Source: Pelomyxa schiedti (taxonomy: Eukaryota > Protista > Evosea). From it: a stretch of 64,000 bases of DNA. The stretch covers positions 3,106-67,105 of the forward strand of contig JAHLWZ010000868.1 of the NCBI GenBank assembly GCA_020536535.1, read 5' to 3'. Positions 37,367-48,759 of the stretch are shown one piece after another. Position 1 is the stretch's first letter; each line of letters begins with the position of its first letter. The notes below the pieces were generated by a model. It did no database searches. It was not told the DNA's origin and saw only the letters and a program-made list of their open reading frames with translations. The translations under genes were made by a program, and so were the position numbers.

Positions 37367-37680
37367 GAGTTTTTTTTTGTATTCTAAACACCAATTATTC
37401 TTACCTGCCACAACACCGCAATGTTGTCGTTTTTTAGAGGAGCGAAGGGAAAAAAAACCCTCCTTTCGAGGGGCTTTTTCCCTCTTTTTCAAATCTCGTT
37501 ACTGTAAGCTAAAAATACTAACAATTGCGTTTGCGTCACCCGAGTTCTCAGTTGCTGATAATCTGGGAGAATATTTTTTAAATCAAAAATCAAACAGGGG
37601 GTCGCTGCGCGTGTACCGGTGCCTTTATCGCAATCAGCAGAGTCGCTGAACGACAGCACATTTTTTTACCACCCACAACC

Positions 37681-38505
37681 ATGACGAAGAAACGCAGGAA
37701 CAACGGCCGAAGCCTCATGAACCGCGGCCACCAGAACATTTGCCGATGCTCAAACTGTGGTCGTTGTGTTGGCAGGGTTCGTTTTTCCTTTCGTTTTGTG
37801 CTTCGCGATAGTTTTTTTTTTGTTTGCGTAGAAGCGCGTTTCCGTTTTTTTTTTTTTTTTCGTTTGGGGCTTTTTTTCCTGTTCGGTTTTGTAAGTGCTT
37901 GGACACTCATTTTGCTTGTTGTTGCGTGTAGGACAAAGCCATTAAGAGGTTTATTGTCCGCAACATTGTGGAGACCGCGGCTATAAAGGATATTGTTGAT
38001 TCCAGCGCACTCACCGGTATATTTTTTTACAACGAGTTTTGGGGAACTTATTTGTTGAAGAATACGTACTGCCAAAGATGTACATCAAGATGCAATATTG
38101 CGTCTCTTGCGCCATTCACTCACACATTGTGCGTGTACGATCCTCCAGCGCCCGCAGAAACAGGTATTTTCCCGGCACTCGTATCTCATTTTTTGTTACC
38201 AATTCACAACAAAACAACTAAAACACCTTGGCAAAACCGCCTTCTTATGCCGGCAACACGTCCCCTAACCCCTTTTCAGGACGCCACCCAAACCCAAAGT
38301 CAGGAAAGAGTCTCGCCCCCGCCCAACCAAGCCACGCGTTCCCGGTGCTGCCCCTGGTGCACCCGGCGCTGCCAACTTTGGCAACAAGCAGCCAGCGGCC
38401 CCAATGATGCCGCTTCTCCCCGGACTCATGCAGCCAATGCAGTCCATCATGACCCCACTTCAGACCATGCAACCAATGCAGCCATTCGTCGCTCAGAAGT
38501 CATAA
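37681..38505 (+). CDS. RPS26: 40S ribosomal protein eS26
   Basis: [25 protein letters not shown] and [25 protein letters not shown]. Confidence 0.98.
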
Positions 38506-38698
38506 CCCCTCTTTCCCTTAGAGAAGAAACAAATAAAAATAACAACATACCAAACGTGTGGCGATTTTCTCTGTTCTTTTTATTACTCCCCTTGTGATCT
38601 TATTTCGTGCTGTCAGTTTTTCCTTCGACGGTCACATCAAGATCAAACTAAAAAAAAAGAAAGGAAAAACAGGGAAAAAAAAAGGTGAAGCGGCGAAG

Positions 38699-41600
38699 AT
38701 GTTTGGCAAAGGGAACACGATCAAGCAGCGGTACCACGTGACGTTCGTGAGCGCCTCGAACGTCGTGCCCAACTCGTCGGATGAGCTGTTTCTGGTGGCG
38801 TGGAAGCGAGGGGCCAAGAAAGAGAACAAGGGGCACACTGCGGCCGCGGCGTCGAAGGGCGGCGTGGTGGAGTGGAACGAGACCATCACCATGATGTGCA
38901 CCTTGGTGAAGCAGGGCGTCATGTACGACGCTAAAAACATCTCGTTCACTATTAAGGAGGTGTGTAGCTGTTTACTTTTTTTTTTTTTTTTTTTTGTAAA
39001 AAAACTCTGTGGAAGCTCGTGGGTGTACGAGGAGTAACTAATTTTGGGAAAAAAAAAAGGAAAAGGGTAAGAAGAGAAGGACATTAGGGAAGACCACTTT
39101 GGACCTGTCTGAATATGCTGACCTCGCTGGATCTTCCGTTGTAAAGACACTTGCGATTCGCAGGAAAGGGACAAAGAGTTCTATGACACTCACTGTGAGA
39201 CACAGAACCAACTCTTATAATTCCTCTCACTGTTTTCGTATCCCTCATCTAGGTTCGATTTTCTTCAGAAAATATGGGACAAGCAACGTACGACAAGAAC
39301 TTCTTAAGAAACTAATTGTAATTTCAAAATAGAGGTGACGAACCCACGGAAATTTTACAAGACGACCATGAGAGTGATGATGAAGAAATCGATTTTGCAC
39401 ATTACGAGGACACCCACGATGCCAAAACCAATGCCGATGTACCGCCATCTGCATCCACACCCCCAACAGTTGATTCACATACAACAACTACAACTACAAC
39501 AACGAGTAGTACTTCAACGCCTTCTCATGGGAGGGCTGGGACGATATTTACCCCTGTTGTAGTTGGTAGGCAAACACCCCAACTTCTTACTTCATTCATA
39601 TAATTTCTTAAAGCTAGCGATGCACCAAGTTCTCCAAAAGACCACAGTAGAAAGCATCACAGTAAGGAGAAAAAGTAATTATTAAATTCAATTTTCCTCC
39701 ACTTACTTCCGCAGTACACCAGAGCAACCTGATGTTGTTGTCAAAGAAAGAGACAAAGCTGTACAAAGCCTTCTAGCACTCAGACACATTCAAGGTAAAG
39801 GTGAGTGTAGTCTAACAGTCTTCTTACTGTGAGTCTAAAGAGAGCGCTAATGCAAAACGACCTGATGAGGCACAACTAGCTTGTATTAAAATGAAAGATG
39901 AGCTTGATCGCATATTCAAAGAGGGATTCATGAAAAAAAGGAAACCTGGGGTGCCCTTTCCATCCTTAATTCTTACAATGATTTGTAAACGAATTTATAA
40001 GCTCATTTTAAAGTGAAAAAATCAAACAAAAGGAAATTGTTGCTGCTCCACCAGAACCGGTGTCTGAAGAATCTGGAAGCCTGGATATCAAAATGAAAGC
40101 TGAAGTGAGCAGGCTTACACTAGAACTTCAAGTTGTATCCAATGAAGCTATGGTTCTCCGGCAACAATTGGCAAAACTCAAACGCGAGCAACTTGTTTCT
40201 GGTACTGCTGAGGCATCAACAATTGCCACCGTATCAGATACAGAGCAAGAGCATCTTCGAACAGAAAATGCTCAATTGAAGACACAGCTGGCACGGATGA
40301 AAGAATTAGATGAAAAAGTTGCAGAAGATGACGAAATCATCCAAATCCTACATCAAGAGAGAAATGAACTTAGGCAAAAACTCAAAGCGGCAGCATCAGT
40401 TGGGACACAGGATTCAAGTCAATCTGGGGCCAAACTGCGTGAAGTAGTAAGACTTGCAGAGCAGGGAGAAGAGGATGCAAAAAACGAATCGGCAACTTTA
40501 CGAAAAAATTTGCAACAAGCACAGCATGATGCAATGGAAAAAGAAGTATCACATAACCAAAAAATGGCGGCACAATTGGCTGTTGAAGCCGATCTCCGCA
40601 AGCAACTGGCCCTTCTAAAGGGAGAAGGGTATTTTCCACATAAGAGTGCCAAATCTGCCAAAGTTGTCTTCTTTCCATTTGTACAACTCTCTTACCCATA
40701 TTCCGTAGGCGGATTCAGATGATGATGAAGATGGTTCAATTGCAGTAACGTTCGTGTCACTTAAACTTCGCTTATTACTTACAGTTACAACATCGAGTGG
40801 ACTCTTTATCTCACGAGTTGGACATATGCGATCTGGTTATCAAAGTATTTTATCAAGTTGATACACCCCAAGTCGGAGGGGCAAACAAGCCAAGAGCGTG
40901 TACGGCTTTACTGAACCATATGTGTGATTGGGATTGCTTCGAAACTCCCGATGAGTAAGCTTACTCTTTATTTCTTTCTTGTAAACAAATGTTAAGGGCA
41001 CTTTTCAATTCTGTCGTCACTGCCTTGCGGTCAGTTTCTCTTGTAAGTAGTCCTCCTTATTCTCTGAAAAGAGCAATTTTTTTTCCCCTTTTCTGCCCCT
41101 CTTCAGGTGCATACGGGTAACTACCAAATGATGTGTTACTGGCTTTCTACCTCGTGGAATGTTGTGCAAGGTGTTCATCAACATTTGTCGGATATGCCAA
41201 ATTTTTCACAGTTATTCTGGCATTGTAATTGAACTTTTCTAATTTGCATCAGACTCACTGAAACAGAGCGCACATACATAGTCAAGGTTTCAGGTGGAGA
41301 GCCTGAAGATGCTCTCCAAAGATTCATATTCCACTTGCGTCAAGTAATGTTTGACCAATACATGTCCCTTATAAAGACTGTTCAGATGGTAGATAACATG
41401 AGGGTATATTAAAACTCATTTTTTTACCGTAGGCACTGCAACCCATTCTGGTATCCGCCATTTTACAGCAGGGAACAGCAATTTTACATAAAAACCCCGT
41501 ACTGACAGCGTATCAAATATTTCTACCCATCCGTCAGTACTCAATACACACAGGGATCTAACACCACCGCATCGGAGAAAAGCTTTACGTGCAATTGAAG

Positions 41601-42211
41601 GCGTTTTATGTATTTTAGTGGATTTAGAGAAGGGGGCAAGCAATACACATCTTCCCGCTTCCCTATGCTTCCAGATTTTCTCACAGATAGTCCATTGGAT
41701 TAATGCGACAATCTTCAACCAACTGCTGTCCAAGCCGGAACTTTGTGCGTACAAAAACCTGTGATTTGGGTCTCTTAGCAAATAACAGGTACATGTAGCA
41801 ATGGCTTCCAGATAAGATTGGCTTTATCGGAGTTGGAGGAATTTTTCAAAAGATACTCCACTATTTCCAGAGCTGCGTATGTAGTATGACACACTGCAGG
41901 TGTCTAATCCACTCACAGAGCATTCCTTGAGCATGTGCGCCAGGCTGCCACCCTTCTTGTTCTAGACAAGAGCATACTCCTCGATCCCAAACACAGCGCT
42001 ACTGTCTTTGGAGTGCTGAATTCAGCCCAGATATTCCGACTCGTGCAGTTCTTCAAACCGGATAGGTAAACCTGACTTCCGTCATTCAAACACTAACCCT
42101 TGGCAGCCTCTCACCCAGCCCAGTACCGGAAGCGGTTTTGGACAGAGTTGGCAAAACAGATTCAGCGGCCATGAAATTTGAACTCGACCCCAACGAGTTC
42201 ATTATACCTAG
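38699..42211 (+). CDS. NT-C2 (EEIG1/EHBP1) + coiled-coil + Dilute (DIL) domain protein
   Basis: WKRG..VEWNE..LGKTTLDLSEYA (NT-C2). Central coiled coil. QIFSQIVHWINATIFNQLL, NGFQIRLALSELE, HVRQAATLL and LNSAQIFRL (DIL). Confidence 0.85.
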
Positions 42212-42344
42212 AATGGACTCCTAGTCTACTCTACCGCACCTATATTAATAAATCAAAAACTTTGTTTTGAAAATTCCCCCTTTTCTTTCTATCTGTCTAC
42301 TGCGCTATCGCTATCGGGCAAAGCAGAAAAAAAAACCAAAGGAG

Positions 42345-42947
42345 ATGAGCGTGGGTGTACCGGTGAAGGTGCTGCACGAAGCAGAGGGTCTCATTGTGAC
42401 GGTGGAGTTGAGAACCGGGGAGATGTACAGGGGCAAGTTGGTTGACAGCGAAGACAATATGTGTGATTCACGTTGCGTTTTTTTTTCCCCCCTATTTTCC
42501 CTTTTTTTTTCTTCTTTTTTTTGCTGTTTAGCGGGTTTGCTAAGTTAATACAGGAACTGCCACATGCAGGTTGAGAACCGTTTCTTTTTATATATTTCCT
42601 TACTGTGAGGAAAATAACGACAACCAGTCTCATCCACCTCACAGGATGTCACTTATACAGCACGTGATGGGCGGGTCTCCCACTTAGATGCAATTTTCAT
42701 CCGAGGCAGCAAAATCCGATTCCTTCTTCTACCCGACATGCTTAAAAATGCACCAATGTTCAAGCGTGCAGACCCCAAGACAAGCAGTGCTCGTGGCAAA
42801 GGATTAGGCCTAGGAAGGGCCCGTGGTGGCATGCGAGGAAGAGGAAGAGGTTAGTGTATCTTCCCTGTTTTTCTCATATTTAAATTGTCACTTTTAGGGA
42901 GAAGGGGTTCTACAACTCCCGGCACGGAGCCGCGTGGAAAGCCGTAA
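42345..42947 (+). CDS. SNRPD3: Small nuclear ribonucleoprotein Sm D3
   Basis: [46 protein letters not shown] and RG-rich tail. Confidence 0.97.
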
Positions 42948-43335
42948 TTGTGATCTATCTCCCTGTTGTTCTATTGCATTCACCTCCATCACTACAGCCA
43001 AAGAACAAAACAAAATTTAAATAAAAAAAGAATGGATCTTTTATCTTTTATCACATAAAACAAGCAGCACAGCAGATCATGTAACATCGGTTCCCAATCG
43101 ATAACAAAGATCAGGTTGTGTCGAATGATCACAGCCGATGTTCAAATCCGGAACACGAAAACGAAATTTCAAACGAAGTAAGAAAAAGCCGTTCTTGCAA
43201 AAACCCAGAAAAAAAAGAAAATCTTTTCTTTCTTCTTCGTCACGAAGAACGACCTGTGTTCATTCAACACATACTGGCGGTTGTTACTCTGTGCAATCCA
43301 ACAACACCCTACCTCTGTCTCAAGAGCTTCGGGAA

Positions 43336-43347
43336 TATATAAATAAA
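43336..43347 (+). promoter_or_regulatory. TATA-like element upstream of the Wee1-like kinase
   Basis: TATATAAATAAA about 24 nt 5' of the putative ATG at 43360. Confidence 0.3.
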
Positions 43348-43359
43348 AACGCGACATAA

Positions 43360-45074
43360 ATGCGCGCTGCAGGTGAGCAAAGTTCTTTATGTGTGGCGTT
43401 GGCGTCTTCCCCTTTGACCTTTTAACGAGTTGTGTGATACAGCACCGTATGTTATGCCAAGACCCGACCCTTCTGGTTTCGAACCCTCTACGTTTCCTGC
43501 TGTTGCCTCGACTCCTGGCTGCCCGTCAACACCAACAAAACGGTCTTCTTCAATCCGTGACTCTTTCAAAACCCCGAAACGGAAACTTGGAAAGCATCAC
43601 AAGGCGCGCTCCCCGTCGACATCGCCAACATCACCAACATCTTCTTTGCCAGAGTGTGGCCATTCCACGCCTCATAAAGTGGCACACGTAAGCCGTGCCC
43701 AAGACTGCATACCAACCTCTAACAATGCGGCACTACCACCTGTGCAAGTGCCAGCACAAACACAATATGGTTTCATCTCGCCCTCAAGTGGAGGGGATAG
43801 TACCGCCTCCACTGACCCCTTCCAATTTCTGGCTCAGTCAAACCCTATCACACCTCCATCGGTGTCAACAAACTCATCTCTTATGCGCCTTCGCGCTAGG
43901 GCCATCCAACCAACAGCCTTGTATACCAATGGAAGTGGGGAGAGAAAGGGAATAGCTTTGACATCTTCACTGCGAGACTTGACTGAGCGGCACTCTATTA
44001 TGGTGTTAGGCGATCATGTCCTCAAAATTACCAATAAGCCGTATGTTAGCACTGGGTTTTTAAATATAACTTTAACGCGAAACTAGACAATGGAATAATA
44101 AATTAATCGCTGAGGCTCGTATGATGCTCCTGCTTATTGGACAGCCACACTGTGTACATATTTTTGATGTGTGGAAAGAAGGAAATTTGGCTTGCCTTGC
44201 GGTGAATTTCAACGTTTCCTTCCTCTTCATTGACTACGGATAGATGGAAGCTGGTGGTAGAAGTCTTCATCAAATTATTCACGACAGGTCAAGTGCAATT
44301 TTGGATGACGAATTCTGGAACTACGCCATTGATATTGCACTGGTATTTACACATAACCTTAGAGAAATTGTAATTTTCCTTTCAGGGGTTAAGAGAAATG
44401 CTTGATAAATACATTGCACATATGGATGTCAAGCCTCGCAATCTTGTCGAATGCAAGGAGGGTTGTCTGATTTTCATTGACTTTGGTCAATCACTCATAA
44501 GTATTTCTTCTCCAATACTCTATCACTGGAAGACTAAATTTTGTTGGTAGTGCCCTGTTTCATCCCTGATGACGTTGACGCCCTTGGAGATGGTGCCTAC
44601 TTGACCCCCGAGTTTAATACAAAACATGTAACACCAGCTTGGGATGCATTTTCTTATGGGTAATGACAACCCCAAACCGCTTACAGTCCTAACATGCATC
44701 CAGTATAACGTGCTTGGAGATGATCTCCCGTGCAGATATGAGAACTAGAGGTCTCAGAGACTTCCTATTGAGTTGCACTTCACCAGAAGTGTTCTTCTCC
44801 AAGGCATGTTTGACTTCACCGTGATTATTCTACTGACCCTTTCTCTACTTAGTTTCCTGAAGCCCAAAACCGATCGCCGGAGATTCTTCACTTTGTCTGG
44901 AGGTTGATAAGGCCAAACCCACAGGAACGAATGACTGTGATACAAGTCTTGGCAGACCCAAGTCTACAGGCCAGGATCCAAGCCAGGTGTGACCTTGCAG
45001 CCCAAAGGAGACAAGTACCCATTGACATCGAGGCCCTGAGCAATCACATTACCGAGTGCGTTGAACACTGCTAA
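43360..45074 (+). CDS. Wee1/Myt1-like protein kinase
   Basis: S/TP-rich N-terminus (PSTPTKR), HMDVKPRN, DFG, GDGAYLTPE, DAFSYG and PNPQERMT. Confidence 0.8.
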
Positions 45075-45199
45075 TTGGCACCAAGTGTTGCACAAAGTGA
45101 TGTTGGTGAAGGGGGAAAAAACACCAGGGTGATTTGCACTCTTCAACTGCCAAAAAAAATAAGTTATGTTCATATTAATAATGGTTCATAGTTCCGGCC

Positions 45200-48100
45200 T
45201 CAGTGGTCTTCTGTGGTTGTGTAAGCTTCAGCAGGTGTCTCTGCTTCTGTTATTTCAGTGAGTGCTACTGTGTCTTGTGCTGGAAGAGTGGCTTTTTTGT
45301 AGGAGATGAGAAATAGAATGCCAAAGAAAGCGGCGATGAGTAGAAGGGCCCCTGGTACCCCTATACACAGCCCAATCACCCATTTTTTCCAGGTTTCGAA
45401 GCCTCCTGCGATTTGGTAAGTGTTGACAGGAAGAAAGTGTACTCACCTTCGAAAGTTATGGAAAGGTGATAGAACCATCTGTCGTCGGAGATGGAACAAT
45501 TTTGTGCAACTACCAATCTGTAAACATAGTTTGATCTTGTCTCGAATTCTTTCTGATGGCCACACTACCACAAATGAGAATTATTTGACTGAAAGGTACA
45601 CACAGGCCATGTATCAATGCAGGAGCTGCAGTTTTCATCAGAAATCTCGATAAGACATGGAAAATTGCCAGTGCCATTTATCAAAATGGTGCTCCCATCT
45701 CCAACAAATTCATAGAAATTGGCTGAGGAGGTTTCTGAGTGTGAATCAAGAGGAGTGCTACAAACCAAAGCGACCAGTCTCTGGATGACAAGGAGTGGGT
45801 AAGTATATGGTGACCAGAGGGTTTTCATTGGTCAGGTAATTCGTCACGTCGTATGGCAGGGTGATGGGAAGCGCTTCATCACATTTGGTGTTGGCAGGTA
45901 CGGAAACTTTTTCAATGACTTGCAGTGTGTAGGTTCCGTAGTCCTGGACATCTACCTGAGTGATACCAATTGTGACTCGGGTGTTCCCTTTAAAGGGTAT
46001 TTCAATTGGTATTTCACTGCACTGTATGGCAATAAGTGTGATTTGGCGGTTTTGAGAATACCCTCTCATATCTTTCGCATACGCAACCAGTATAAATTTC
46101 TATGTAACAAGGGAAGTCCGAGATTACACTGAAATCGAAATAGGTCTCAGAAGCATTGCCAACGACAAATTTGTAGAATTGACCTGGAAAATGAAGACTT
46201 TCACAGGGAGAAATAAGGCAATTTTTCTTACCACTCCGTATGTTGGATGTGCACCTTGAGTTGTATCGTGGAATGTCTGGCATTAGCCGGGAAGTAACGA
46301 TAAATGGTACAGCTTCGAGAAGTGCCGTTTGACAGTGATCATTTGGAAAATAGGCTACAAACTCGTTATTTTTCATCTATCGATAGCAAGTAACGTACAC
46401 AGAGCTGAAGTCATTTGAAGCTTGTAGGCACCCAATTCCCCAAATGTGGGTGTTACACCAATAACATAGGGGAAGTCCTTTATTGATGTGAAGGTATAAG
46501 AGTAATCAGGTTGAACCTGTCTCAGTAGGTGAGATTGCGTTGCCTGGGTTAGTTTTTTGGTTTTATTTTGTTTTCGTACATCTGGATTCCAGCTGGTAAT
46601 ACAATCACAACGTGGAGAATTCAGTCCAACCTCAACCTGAACTGAGCTTGTAACAGTGATGGATGTATAAGTACCATCTCCAATGAAAGTGAAGTAATGT
46701 GCTGCGAAATTTTAGTGGTGAAGGGCAACTTGTAGATAGCAACATCTTAAACTTTCGCCCCCAAAGCAGCTGACACTGGATGGAAGAGTAAGATTGCCAA
46801 TGAGACCCTCATAATAAAATGGTAGAGGGGAGTCACTAGGGGATACACAGAGATCATTATCGATGTCTATCTCCTCCACTTCGATACGACACTTAGCAAA
46901 GGTTTAAAATGCAACAACGTACCAATTGATAGATTGTACTGTCCCCAGGCGTCCGTTGAGTACTGAGCAATCACCACATTAACGACTTCTCCGGGCTCCG
47001 GCAAATATGCGTAAGGCCAAGTGACCTATGGAAGGTTTTTCATTTGGAAAGGTTTGCAGAAGTCCCTACACTCCAGGAACTTATGCAGAGGCAATCATCA
47101 GTACCGAGCATAGCCCTAATCATAAAATCGGCTGTTAGAAATAGCCCAAGAAATTTCCCTGAAGACGTAAAGCGAAAATAGTTGGCTGGAGGTGATGTTA
47201 GCGCAGTGACTACAAACTTTTGGACGGCAACCATAGCGATACCCAGTACAAGGTGTACATAAAAGGTCTCCAACAGTATCCTCCTGAAGGGTTCCCTGCA
47301 AGACTGTAGGAACAGTTATATTTTCTGCAGTATAACACCCAGTTTCATCTGTATAGATCAGAAGGCCACAACGTTCCAGGGAAGGTACTCTGTGGAATAG
47401 GAAACAAGTCTAATTCGTAATTTCCATAAAACATAGCATCAGCACTCGTCATAAAGAATATATACTCAAAGCCGGCGGTATACATTGGCCAGTACTTTGT
47501 TGTAGATTGAGTCTATTAATGACAGTTAACTGTTGGCGTCATTTCGGTGCAATACAGCAGTATAGGAGTGGCATGCACCACAATTGGGGTCTAGATATTC
47601 CAACAGACAGTCAAAATCGCAATCAAATGAAACACCAAGCAATCCCGAAAATGGAGCACGTACTCGGAAATAATCCCCTTATCTTGTCAGAATGCAGGAA
47701 ACTAGACTAGGGAAATGAGTACCTGAGCGTTCTTCCTGTGTCATACAAATGTCATCGCTTGACGGATTCGACTCGTACAAAATGCCATAAAGAGTGACAG
47801 GAAGCTCATACAATGCAGCTTCTGAGCAATAGTGAAAAGACAGTGGAGCTAAATTGGGTAAGAAACGAGGAATTTACATAGAGTGACTGACCAGGAGAGA
47901 CAGTGATTGTCAAATCAAAACTTCCATCCTCTATTGTATCGTACCGTGCAACAACAAGGGTTACAACGTCGCCTTTGTTAACATTCCAATCGAAAATTGC
48001 ACCTCCTGTGCACTGTAGGAGTTGTTAAATTCTACCTCCAGAAAGGTCTTACTTACATCGACACTGCCAAAGCACTGGCAGGCTGCAGTGGCCACCTCAC

Positions 48101-48470
48101 CTCGGCAAGTGAAGGTGGGATCACTTATTGACACGGTCATAACGCCCTCTACTTCCACTTCAATTCGGTAATAGCTCCCTATTTCAGCAGCCAATAAGAA
48201 TGGGCTACAAGGACAAAAAAAAAAAAAAAAAAAGATGAAGAAGAAGCACGGCACCGCAGCGTGGGCACACGCACCAATTGTGTAATCATAGTAGCGGCAA
48301 GGCGTTGCAGTGACAGTGGTAAGTGGCTGAGATGTAGCGTAATAAGGCAGAGAATCCACGAGAGTGTAATTCCCCGTGCAACCGTACACCACCTCACCAC
48401 AACTTGGGACCACCAGCAAAACCAGAACAAGCAACAGCCCACACTCCCAGCATGTTCTGTTTCCCGCCAT
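45200..48470 (-). CDS. Type I membrane surface protein with about 6-7 tandem Cys-containing beta-sandwich repeats
   Basis: Signal peptide. Repeats start with e.g. CSEAALYELP, GCYTAENITVP, NDLCVSP..LPF, NDHCQTALLEAVPF and NTKCDEALPITLPY. TM segment WVIGLCIGVPGALLLIAAFFGILFLI followed by KK. Confidence 0.75.
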
Positions 48471-48759
48471 ATAAGAAGTAAGGTACCTCCCTCTGACCCA
48501 CCAACCAAAAAATATGTTGTGTTGCCACACAACCACGCGGTTTTGATTTTAATGTTATTGGACCACACCGAAGCAGAAGTGAGTGTCAACTTATCGTTCC
48601 AGGGAGTGTGGGCTCGACGAAACACGTTATCTCGTTTGTGCCTTTCGCGAAACCGCGAATTCATGTTTGATTAGCCTCTTGTACCTTTGGCAAAATCAAT
48701 GTTTCTTTCACCATTATTCAAGAGCGGTGAATTGCGTTGTTGGATTTTCTGTTCACCAT

